Below the pieces are notes generated by a model. The model worked only from the letters and a program-made list of their open reading frames with translations, ran no database searches and was not told the DNA's origin. DNA of 64,000 nucleotides from Cyanobacteria bacterium P01_D01_bin.156 (GTDB lineage: Bacteria; Cyanobacteriota; Cyanobacteriia; Phormidesmidales; Phormidesmidaceae), in NCBI GenBank assembly GCA_039024555.1, contig JBCCQQ010000019.1, forward strand, positions 1 to 64,000. Direction: 5' to 3'. The translations under genes were made by a program, and so were the position numbers. Positions 54,512 to 63,206 of this stretch are shown here, piece after piece. Numbering within the stretch: position 1 is the first letter of the stretch; each line of letters begins with the position of its first letter.

Positions 54512-55438
54512 ATGGCTATGTGGCGTCAGGTAATGGCACTTGTACTACCCCTCAGCATTTTTAGCTGTAGCATCGTAGGTGCAAAGACACCTGCTGAGGA
54601 GCCAGCTATTAACGCTGAGCCATCTCAAACGACATTGAGGCAGGTACCGCCCAACGGATTAGATAGCTTAGACGCTGCTGATTTACGGTACTTTCAATCT
54701 ATGGGGCCACTGGAATATGCAACACGGCTGGGGGGTATGCCTAATGCTCCCATCTGGCGGGTACGTCTGCGGTTAACCCCAGTCCAGCAAGAAACTGAGC
54801 TGATTTACCAGGTCAAGGTAGATCACTTTAATATGTCGCCCGCGCTGTATGACTCATTGGTAAGCAGCTACGGTGCGGAGAATGCAGACCCTAGCCTGAA
54901 CAACAACAATCCTCACCAACACATTTCTCTAGAGTTTTTCCCTGTGATGAATGTGGCCGCAGACTGGCTCACTGAATCGACGCAGATTAGTGAGTCGGAT
55001 GTAGCTACCAATCCTAGTTGTGGTTTAGGCATTGGCTGTGCTGATTTGGATGATTTGATTGCTAGTGAATGGACTGATATGCCAGCGGTCGCTTTAGAAA
55101 CAGCACCTTGGGATAGCGAGACACTGCCTACGTTGGTACGAGGGGTGGCCACCCAAGCGGGATGGATGCAGGCTGGCGAATGGACCATGCCTATGGAAGT
55201 TCCTGAAGGTATTAGCGATGAGCGGCCCTGGGTAGAAGTTTTGGTGACTAACTATGCGGGCAATGGCGGGGGCTATATGGCCCATTGGATTGAGCGGGTG
55301 GCTGATGATAGCGTGCGGGCTCAGGTTTATCAGCTTTATTACGATCCAGCGAGCGGGGAAACCGATGGCTATGGAAGCCGAGGATATGTTTGTGCACGAG
55401 GTGCTGAGGCAGGACAGGTTAAAGCAATTTGTCCGTAA
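54512..55438 (+). CDS. Putative lipoprotein/exported hypothetical protein
   Basis: Leader ending IFS-C (lipobox-like); acidic mature region. Confidence 0.7.
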   Translation: MAMWRQVMALVLPLSIFSCSIVGAKTPAEEPAINAEPSQTTLRQVPPNGLDSLDAADLRYFQSMGPLEYATRLGGMPNAPIWRVRLRLTPVQQETELIYQVKVDHFNMSPALYDSLVSSYGAENADPSLNNNNPHQHISLEFFPVMNVAADWLTESTQISESDVATNPSCGLGIGCADLDDLIASEWTDMPAVALETAPWDSETLPTLVRGVATQAGWMQAGEWTMPMEVPEGISDERPWVEVLVTNYAGNGGGYMAHWIERVADDSVRAQVYQLYYDPASGETDGYGSRGYVCARGAEAGQVKAICP

Positions 55439-55543
55439 CCTAGGTTTTGTGGGGCTGACAACCTACTAACCAGTTTCCAATCGAAACAAAACGAGGGCTG
55501 AGTTCAGCTCCTATACTTAAGGCAGCGTTCGCAGCATGCTCGT

Positions 55544-56158
55544 ATGGTTCAGGTTGTTCAGGCTAGTAAACTTACCCTCCATGATGTAGAGACTAAGTAT
55601 GGTTTACGTCTGGAGACAGACGCTGGTTTCTTTTCTGAATGGCAAGCAGAGCCTATCGACCTGGATGAGTATCAGATTCAGTTACTGAACCAAGCCCAAG
55701 CGCATTTTAGATATTTACTGTCATATCCAGTTCATGAAGAGCTGGTCAAACTGGTGATTATTGCACCATTACTATCAGTAGCAGGTTTCTACGAGCAACC
55801 ATTTCGGCCTATTGCCGAGGAAACAGTTGAGATTGCGGTCAAAGCAGATGATGAACTGGTGCGTGGCCGGGTGGATATTTTGGTGCTCAATGAACAAATT
55901 TGGGTGACCACCATTGAAGCAAAAGGGCCTCAGTTTAGCTGGCATGTGGGTTTGCCTCAGGCGTTGACCTATATGGTCAGTGGTGAGCAGCCAAGTACAA
56001 TCAGATTTGGGTTGGTCACAAACGGTACTGACTTGATTTTTGTAAAACTGGATAAAGCCACTGGACAGTATGGTCTGTCGAAAACATTTTCGATTTTTAA
56101 TCCAGGGAATGAGCTACAGAACGTTGTGGGTATTCTGAAAGCTCTCAGCGCAGCCTAA
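55544..56158 (+). CDS. Stand-alone type I restriction HsdR N-terminal-like PD-(D/E)xK nuclease
   Basis: EELVK, GRVDILV, IEAK, QALTYM, GLVTNG. Confidence 0.82.
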   Translation: MVQVVQASKLTLHDVETKYGLRLETDAGFFSEWQAEPIDLDEYQIQLLNQAQAHFRYLLSYPVHEELVKLVIIAPLLSVAGFYEQPFRPIAEETVEIAVKADDELVRGRVDILVLNEQIWVTTIEAKGPQFSWHVGLPQALTYMVSGEQPSTIRFGLVTNGTDLIFVKLDKATGQYGLSKTFSIFNPGNELQNVVGILKALSAA

Positions 56159-56263
56159 ACACTTGGTTTCGGACAGATCGTTACAAATAGTTCGAACTGA
56201 AAATAGTGGTCTATAGTTTCTCTAAGACTGTTTACTAGCAGCCCTTATTGCCTACAGACTACT

Positions 56264-57601
56264 ATGCCGAGCGATTTCGAAATTCTGAGGAATATCTACA
56301 ACTCCTTTGATCCGTTTGAGCCTTTGCCAGCAGGGGATCCGGTATATGTGAACTGTAGCGCGGTACGGGGTGAGGAAAATATTTTAGTAGATGTGGGGCG
56401 GCAGATTACCTATGCGGACCGCATTACCCATCAGCTCTATACCGGTCACCGGGGAGCGGGTAAATCGACTGAGCTGTTGCGACTGCAGGCAGGTCTCGAA
56501 AAGCAAGGTTATCGCGTAGTCTACTTTCCGGCTGAACAGTCGGACATTGATCCAGAAGATGCTCAATATACGGATATTTTGCTGGCCTGCACCCGCAATC
56601 TGCTAAAGGAGCTTAAGGGAGACTCAACCGCCATCAAAGACTGGCTTCAATCTCGTAAGACAGAGCTAGTAGATGCCTTGCAAAGTGAGGTGGAATTAGG
56701 AGACACGATTAATGTCAGTGTGCCCTTTAGCAAAGTTACTACAACGCTGAAGGTAAGCCCCACCGCCCGTGCCCAGATTCGTAAAATTGTTGAACCTCAT
56801 ACACCGTCGCTAATCGATGCACTCAATGCCTTTATTACCGAGGCGATGCAGCAGACACACCAGCAGACCACCGAGAAGCTGGTGCTAATTGTAGACAGTC
56901 TGGACCGGATTCCACCTATTAAAAGAGAGAATGAGCCTAGCAACCACGAGCAAATCTTTGTGGATCGCAGTGAACAGCTCAAGATGTTGGAATGTCATGT
57001 GATTTATACGGTGCCAATTTCGCTGGTGTATTCAAGCCGTGGGGCGGACCTACGGGATATTTATGATGCGGAGATTCCGGTGTTGCCCATGGTGATGGTG
57101 CGAGAGCAGGACGGAACTGTGTGTGAGTCGGGTCTGGAAGCGATGAGAGAGCTAGTGCGGCAGCGGGTGTTTTATAACAATGGTCTAGCGGACTCAGCGC
57201 AGTTAGTAGGGGACGTATTTGAGAGTCAGGAAACTCTAGATCAGATGTGTTTAATGAGCGGAGGCCACATGCGCAACCTGATGCAGATGGCCCAGGAAGC
57301 GATTAAACAAAGTGATACGTTGCCCATTACCAAGCGGGCGGCGAGGCTGGCGGTGACAAAGGCGCGGAATGTGTATCGTAATACGGTCAATGATGACCAG
57401 TGGACACTGTTAGCTCAAGTGAATAAAACAAAAGAGATTTTAAACGAGCAAGCCCATCGGAATCTGTTGTTTAATCGCTGCATTTTAGAATATCGCTATT
57501 TGGATGAGGAGAATGATGAGATCATCTGTTGGCGCGATGTACATCCACTACTGCGAGGTGTGAAAGAATTTCGGGCAGCGCTGGAGAGGATAGAGAACTA
57601 A
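56264..57601 (+). CDS. P-loop ATPase (AAA/STAND-like)
   Basis: Walker A GHRGAGKSTEL, Walker B LIVDSLDR, SGGHMR, C-terminal DVHPLL. Confidence 0.85.
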   Translation: MPSDFEILRNIYNSFDPFEPLPAGDPVYVNCSAVRGEENILVDVGRQITYADRITHQLYTGHRGAGKSTELLRLQAGLEKQGYRVVYFPAEQSDIDPEDAQYTDILLACTRNLLKELKGDSTAIKDWLQSRKTELVDALQSEVELGDTINVSVPFSKVTTTLKVSPTARAQIRKIVEPHTPSLIDALNAFITEAMQQTHQQTTEKLVLIVDSLDRIPPIKRENEPSNHEQIFVDRSEQLKMLECHVIYTVPISLVYSSRGADLRDIYDAEIPVLPMVMVREQDGTVCESGLEAMRELVRQRVFYNNGLADSAQLVGDVFESQETLDQMCLMSGGHMRNLMQMAQEAIKQSDTLPITKRAARLAVTKARNVYRNTVNDDQWTLLAQVNKTKEILNEQAHRNLLFNRCILEYRYLDEENDEIICWRDVHPLLRGVKEFRAALERIEN

Positions 57602-57602
57602 T

Positions 57603-58880
57603 ATGCCACAGCAGGATCTGTCGGAATGGGATGAGGATCTAGTGGTCTCTGTTGACCAGGAATATATAGCTCTACTGCGTTCGATTCGTTGGGCAAAGGG
57701 ATTTGGTCTATTGTTTGTGCAATGCTCTCCTGCTGAGGGGAAGCGGTTAATAGAACGCATTCAAGGGGATGTGGGTGGTAAGCGATTTAATCAGCTGATG
57801 TTGGATGGATCGGTGACGGATCTGTATGAGTTATTGCAGTCGCGGCCAGAGGTGCCCCAAAGCGATGTGTTGTTTCTGACGGGTTTGGAAAAGTCATTAA
57901 TTGAGTATATGGAACCAGGGCCACAGCGTACCTACACAGCCCAGGATTTCTATGCGGAGGATAGGATTCCTCGTTTGTTGGGGCAGTTGAACTTGCAACG
58001 GGAGATTTTGAAGGAGACCTATCCCTTATGTTTTGTGTTTTTAGTGCCGCGCTATGTGGTCAAGTATCTAGTACGCAAGGCTCCTGACTTTTTTGATTGG
58101 CGTGCTGGTGTGTGGGAGTTTGTTTCACCACAGGAAGAGATAGAAAAACAGTCTCAGCAAATTTTGCAAGGAGAGTATGAACAGTATCTTGACTGGTCTT
58201 CCACTCAGAGGCGAAAGCGTATTTTTGAAATTGAAGATCTAGTTTCTGAGAGCAATTTTGCAGATAATGAGATCATTAGTCTTAGGATTGAACAGGGCAA
58301 TCTCTGTGTTGCCGATGAACGTTACAAGGAAGCGTTCGAATCGTTTGATGCGGCACTAGCGACTAAACCAGACGATCACACAGCACTGTACAATAAAGGC
58401 CTATCTTTGAATAATTTAGGCTATTACGAGGCAGCGATCGCAAGTTATGATGCGGCGCTAGCGATTAAACCGAACGATTACATCGCACTCAATAACAAAG
58501 GTAATTCTCTGAGTCATTTGGGTCGTTACGAGGCAGCGATCGCAAGTTATGATGCGGCGTTAGCGATTAAACCAGACGATTACGTAGTGCTCAATAACAA
58601 AGGTAGCTCTCTACATAATTTAGGTCGTTATGAGGACGCGATCCACTTCTATGATGCTGCTCTAGCTCTTAAATCGGACTTGCACGAAGCACTCAATAAC
58701 AAATCCTGTGCGTATGCTCTCTTGAACAAACCCGATGAAGCTCTTAAATATCTGAAAAAAGCAATTGAGCTTGCCCCTGAAAGATATATCGAACTAGCTA
58801 AAGCTGATACCGACTTCGACAGCCTTCGCAACGACCCACGTTTTCAGGCTCTCATCCAATCCTTGTCTCAAAATTCGTAA
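57603..58880 (+). CDS. TPR-repeat protein with an uncharacterised N-terminal domain
   Basis: N-terminal LGQLNLQRE..APDFFDWR; 34-aa repeats GxYEAAIASYDAALAIKP; cap AKADTDFDSLRNDPRF. Confidence 0.88.
   Translation: MPQQDLSEWDEDLVVSVDQEYIALLRSIRWAKGFGLLFVQCSPAEGKRLIERIQGDVGGKRFNQLMLDGSVTDLYELLQSRPEVPQSDVLFLTGLEKSLIEYMEPGPQRTYTAQDFYAEDRIPRLLGQLNLQREILKETYPLCFVFLVPRYVVKYLVRKAPDFFDWRAGVWEFVSPQEEIEKQSQQILQGEYEQYLDWSSTQRRKRIFEIEDLVSESNFADNEIISLRIEQGNLCVADERYKEAFESFDAALATKPDDHTALYNKGLSLNNLGYYEAAIASYDAALAIKPNDYIALNNKGNSLSHLGRYEAAIASYDAALAIKPDDYVVLNNKGSSLHNLGRYEDAIHFYDAALALKSDLHEALNNKSCAYALLNKPDEALKYLKKAIELAPERYIELAKADTDFDSLRNDPRFQALIQSLSQNS
58320..58700 (+). repeat. 102-bp tandem repeats encoding the TPR units
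   Basis: GAGGCAGCGATCGCAAGTTATGATGCGGCG at 58428 and 58530; more diverged flanking copies. Confidence 0.85.
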
Positions 58881-58942
58881 CCGCTCTTTAATCCAGAAAT
58901 GCTAGCGCTAGAGTAACCGTATTCACCTCTCCTAGTCTCACT

Positions 58943-59314
58943 ATGCGCTCTATAGTTCTACTGTTGTCCATCACCCCATTGCTTCTTGGCTGCACCCTTC
59001 AATCCGAACCAGCCGAACCCATTCCAAGCACACCAATGGTGGAGGCCCCCTCAGACGCCCTACCCACCAACATCCAAACCCAAATCCGCACCGACCTCGC
59101 CAACTACCTCAATATCCGCACCGACCAAATCACCATCCAAACCTACAGCCGACGCACATGGTCCGACGGCTGCCTGGGTCTCGGTGGACCTGCCGAACTC
59201 TGCCTTGCTGCCCTCACCAAAGGCTGGCAAGCCGAAGCCATAGACACCACAACCAATACCCCCTACATCTATCGCACCAACCTCACCGGCGATCAAATCC
59301 GTCGTGAGCTATAA
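58943..59314 (+). CDS. Putative lipoprotein
   Basis: Lipobox LLG-C; TWSDGCLGLG..ELC..GW..YRT. Confidence 0.75.
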   Translation: MRSIVLLLSITPLLLGCTLQSEPAEPIPSTPMVEAPSDALPTNIQTQIRTDLANYLNIRTDQITIQTYSRRTWSDGCLGLGGPAELCLAALTKGWQAEAIDTTTNTPYIYRTNLTGDQIRREL

Positions 59315-59380
59315 CCTACCTACAAAAACCTCTTATCAGCGGTTTATCATAAAGAAAAACATCAAGCCTCAACGTACCCC

Positions 59381-59995
59381 ATGGATGTAATGGAATTTTT
59401 CCAGCACAGTGCTGGACAGTGGCAATCCCAACGCACCACCCACCACCTACCGTTCCGACGGGCGGAGCTAGGCGGCTCGAATATCACCGTTGAAGCCCTC
59501 GATAAGGACAACGAAAAAGTTATTGCCATCTGCAACCTCCATGAAATTGATCCAGCCCTCGCCGTAGGGGGTGCCTACGTTGCATGGCACGGTGAAATGG
59601 CCTGGGACCGCGACGGTGAAGGCAACCACGAGGGTACAACTGTCTTCGCCCTTGTCCCCGATGAAGATAATCCCCGTAAGGGCCGTCTGCTCAGGGAACG
59701 AGGCTACGCGGAAATTGTCCCCGTAGTCGGTCGCTACGAAATGGATGAAGACGAAGGTCTGGTATTAGAGACCGAGTACGACACCATGAGCTCCATCGAA
59801 CGGTTCTGGTTTGTGAGCCCCAATGTACGTATGCGCAGCAGCGTAGTCAGACGGTTTGGCGGTCTAAGTACAGCGTCTTTTTGTGCAGAAACCCGCGTCT
59901 TAGATGGCAAGGCTATCGAAGGTGCTCCCCTAGAAGACGAAGCAGCCATCGAAGCATTTGAGCAATCATCGCAGCTAGCCGCCATGGGCTGGTAA
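59381..59995 (+). CDS. cpcS: CpcS/CpeS-type phycobiliprotein lyase
   Basis: FFQHSAGQWQSQRTTHHL, LLRERGYAE, ERFWF. Confidence 0.9.
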   Translation: MDVMEFFQHSAGQWQSQRTTHHLPFRRAELGGSNITVEALDKDNEKVIAICNLHEIDPALAVGGAYVAWHGEMAWDRDGEGNHEGTTVFALVPDEDNPRKGRLLRERGYAEIVPVVGRYEMDEDEGLVLETEYDTMSSIERFWFVSPNVRMRSSVVRRFGGLSTASFCAETRVLDGKAIEGAPLEDEAAIEAFEQSSQLAAMGW

Positions 59996-60032
59996 AACAC
60001 AAAGACCGTCTTGCCTTTATTTGAAAATTCTT

Positions 60033-60168
60033 GTAGGGGCATCCCTTCATGGGTGCCCTGATTTTGGCATAGGTACATTCCTATGCAATCGGAAGAATCA
60101 ACATAGAGGCTACAAGACTTGTCTGTTTGTGAGCCATCCCGCAGGGACAACACAAGGCATTGCCCCTA
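60033..60168. repeat. Inverted pair of GTAG-type REP-like palindromes (BIME/REPIN-like)
   Basis: GTAGGGGCATCCCTTCATGGGTGCCCT (+, 60033-60059) and TAGGGGCAATGCCTTGTGTTGTCCCT (-, 60143-60168). Confidence 0.6.
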
Positions 60169-60186
60169 GCATATGACTGTTTAGCC

Positions 60187-62865
60187 CTAATCCTCGATCA
60201 GCCGAGTGCGCTTTGTTCGCGGCGGTTGCTTCTCTTCACGCCGATACTCCTGCTTGGTTTGGTTTTCTGCCTTTGCTTTTGCTTCTAACGTTTCCATACG
60301 GCTTTTCAGATCCCGATTGAGCTGCTTGATGTCGTCTAGCTCCTTACGCATTTCATCAACAGCTTTATCGGAGCCGATGGCCTTGCGCACCCTGGACATG
60401 GCTTCTTCAGCACGGCGTTTTACCCGTCCGTCTGGGCTTTGCTCAGCTAGACCTCGTAACACTCTTACAGCACCAGAAACTTCCATTTGTCCCAGCGCCA
60501 TCACCACAGCCACCTGAGTCAAGAAAAACTCTTCACGGGCAATGGCTTCCAGACGATCCAAAATGCGATCTACATTGATCTTGGTTTGTCCAGCAGCAAT
60601 CTTACCTAGGCAGCGAATAGCGTTAAGTCTCAGGGCCTGGGGAATTCCTAATTCTGTGTAGGGTAACAACAGATCAAGCGCTTCTGACGATGACTTGAAC
60701 ATACTCAATCCGCTAATGGCCCCGGAGCGTACAACTTCGTTCCAACCCGCTCGCTCTTCTAACACCATTTCTAATAAATTAAGCGTCTTTTTCTGCTTAT
60801 TTTTACCATTGTCTAGGGTGCTGGCGCCAACTTTACCAAGAACGGTAGCAGCTGCCCCCTCAACGTAGTAACTCTTATCACCATTTCGAACAACAGATTT
60901 AAGAGCCTTGTAACTTTCAACCGTTTTTATACTGCCAAGGGAGATGACCACCGCCCGGCGAACTTTAGGATGTTTGTCGGCAAGCCCTTTAATCAATCCC
61001 TCAACGGCCTGAGAGAGTTGAATCGTAGCCAACGCTTCAGCGACCTCAGCCCGCACCGCCCAAAAAGAATCCTCTAATAGAGCTTTACTCAAAGTCTCAA
61101 CAGCTTCTAAGGTGCCTTTCTTAGCAATTGCTTTGGCTGCATACAACCGAGAAATGGGATCGGGGTCGTACTTCAGCTGTGCTTGGAGTTCTTTGAGGGG
61201 ATATTCCAGATTGACTGTTTTGAGGGTGTGATTGCCCACATCAAAACTAATAAAGTCGGGCTTGCGTCGCAGTGGAAAGTAGAATGCCTGCTGTCGTTCA
61301 TGCACTCTCACGCTCACGGTTTGTACGTCAGCAACATCGTTGTCCACATAGCCAAACCCAACAGGAATTTTTAGATCAAACAGACCTTCTTGCACCTGGG
61401 ATTTACCATCGGCCACCTGGGTTTGGGTTACCAACAGCTTGACTAAATTGCTATCGCCATCCCAGCTGTACTTGACTGAATAGTCAGGGTGGCCACCGCG
61501 ATACACATATTGATCAAATAGATAACGGAGATTTTTACCAGTTGCTTTGTCGATGGCCCGCAGCACATCGATGGTTTCTACCGTACTATGGGCATGGGCT
61601 GTTAAAAGAGTTTTTAAGGTCTTGGTAAACAGCTGGTCTCCTAACGCCTGACGGATCATGTGATAAACACAGGAGCCCTTTTCGTAAATGTGGCGATCGT
61701 AGAGCTCAATGGGCTCCCGATAAATGTGGGTTACCAAGGGGCGACGATAGCGGCTAGCATCTTCCGCAAGATAATCTCGGGCATGGTTGAGGTGATAATA
61801 CATGGCCTCATCCTTACCATAGGCTTCCTCTAGCCACAGCACTTCTGAGTAGGTGGCCATGCCCTCTTTTACCCAGGCATGGGACCAGTGGTTAATCACA
61901 ATTAGATCGCCAAACCACTGGTGGGCCAACTCATGAGCCACGAGAGTTTCGGAGCGCAGGTTATCGAGTGCCGCTCGCTTATCTAGGAGACAGCGAGCGG
62001 TCAAAAGTGTTGTCGTAGTATTCTCCATACCGCCAAAGATAAAGTCGGCGGGACATGCCTGGTCGTAGTTGGAGAACGGATAATCGTAACCAAATACCTG
62101 GCTAAATCGCTCCATCATCTGAGGCGTTTTGCCCATGGTGAGTTCAATTTGGTCTTTGCGGCCTTTTTGCACGTAGTACCGTACGGGTCGCCCCCGCCAC
62201 TCCGTTTCAATGCTGTCATACTCGCCAATGGCCAGGGTCATTAGATAGCTGGGATGAACCTTATCTAACTTCCAGTGATAAATCTTGGCTTTGCCCTCTT
62301 CTTCGGTGGAGATGAGCTCACCATTGGACAGAGCAAAGTACTTTTTAGGCACCTTTACTCGAATTTCCGATGTGGCCAGCTGACCGGGATAGTCAAAACA
62401 CGGAAACCAAAAACGAGAGTCTTCGTCTTCTCCCTGGGTCCATACCTGATAGGGCTTATCGGGATAATGTTCGTCAGGGGCAATAAAATAGATACCTCGC
62501 TGGGGTTCTTTTACAGAATAGTCAATCACTAAGGTGATGGGTTGCTCTGCCAGGGTGGGCTTAGTGAGGCGAATGTGGAGTTGTTCTCCGTCGTAGTCAA
62601 AAGGTTGTTGTTCATCATTGATGGTGACCGATGAGATGGAGAGACTAACCGCATCCAGCAAAAGACTAGCGATGCCGTTGCGTACCGGATTCAGACGAAT
62701 GGCACAGGTTCCTTTGTAGCTTTTTTTAGGAATATTAAAATCGAGATCGAGGGCGATATGTTCTACCTGGCCCGGACGGTCGGGATTGTAGTGGGGGGAT
62801 GCACCGGGTAGCTCAAAGGATTTGTGGCCGTTTTCATCGGCATTGAAATAGGCAGCGACGGACAT
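60187..62865 (-). CDS. M1 family zinc aminopeptidase with C-terminal HEAT repeats and coiled coil
   Basis: GGMEN, HELAHQWFGD..W..EG, YEKG; HEAT repeats (VRAEVAEAL, VRRAVVISLG). Confidence 0.93.
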   Translation of the reverse strand: MSVAAYFNADENGHKSFELPGASPHYNPDRPGQVEHIALDLDFNIPKKSYKGTCAIRLNPVRNGIASLLLDAVSLSISSVTINDEQQPFDYDGEQLHIRLTKPTLAEQPITLVIDYSVKEPQRGIYFIAPDEHYPDKPYQVWTQGEDEDSRFWFPCFDYPGQLATSEIRVKVPKKYFALSNGELISTEEEGKAKIYHWKLDKVHPSYLMTLAIGEYDSIETEWRGRPVRYYVQKGRKDQIELTMGKTPQMMERFSQVFGYDYPFSNYDQACPADFIFGGMENTTTTLLTARCLLDKRAALDNLRSETLVAHELAHQWFGDLIVINHWSHAWVKEGMATYSEVLWLEEAYGKDEAMYYHLNHARDYLAEDASRYRRPLVTHIYREPIELYDRHIYEKGSCVYHMIRQALGDQLFTKTLKTLLTAHAHSTVETIDVLRAIDKATGKNLRYLFDQYVYRGGHPDYSVKYSWDGDSNLVKLLVTQTQVADGKSQVQEGLFDLKIPVGFGYVDNDVADVQTVSVRVHERQQAFYFPLRRKPDFISFDVGNHTLKTVNLEYPLKELQAQLKYDPDPISRLYAAKAIAKKGTLEAVETLSKALLEDSFWAVRAEVAEALATIQLSQAVEGLIKGLADKHPKVRRAVVISLGSIKTVESYKALKSVVRNGDKSYYVEGAAATVLGKVGASTLDNGKNKQKKTLNLLEMVLEERAGWNEVVRSGAISGLSMFKSSSEALDLLLPYTELGIPQALRLNAIRCLGKIAAGQTKINVDRILDRLEAIAREEFFLTQVAVVMALGQMEVSGAVRVLRGLAEQSPDGRVKRRAEEAMSRVRKAIGSDKAVDEMRKELDDIKQLNRDLKSRMETLEAKAKAENQTKQEYRREEKQPPRTKRTRLIED

Positions 62866-63206
62866 GGATTTTAGGGTGAGACTAGGATTAATTACCTATC
62901 TCCCTGAAGAGAGGGACATCGGGAGACAGATGACTATTTAGGGTAGCGTTTTCTGCAAGTACATGCTGTTCACCTTTGGGATATTTGCTAGTTCCTGATT
63001 GAACTGTGACGTTTCGTCGCGCGCGCGCAACACAACGCGAGGCTTGCCTATGTACTTAGAGTTTGGCATTCGGAAGTCAGAATGCGGTCATCGCCCAATT
63101 GCTCCCACTGAAGTTGACACCCATATCGGTGAATAGAGAGGAAACTTAAAGTTTCTTGTGTGAATAGGGTTTTAAGCTAATTGGAGCACGGAATTTTGCT
63201 TTTTAG

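Noticed and set aside
55544..56158. Complete type I restriction-modification system
   Set aside because: Only a 204-aa nuclease-like domain is present, with no helicase motor, hsdM or hsdS in the window.
59734..60153. 139-aa minus-strand ORF
   Set aside because: Antisense to cpcS and running through the REP doublet; a shadow ORF.
63005..63045. CG-alternating tract and possible structured RNA between the aminopeptidase and methyltransferase genes
   Set aside because: The tract is short and I could not match it to any riboswitch or ribozyme consensus.
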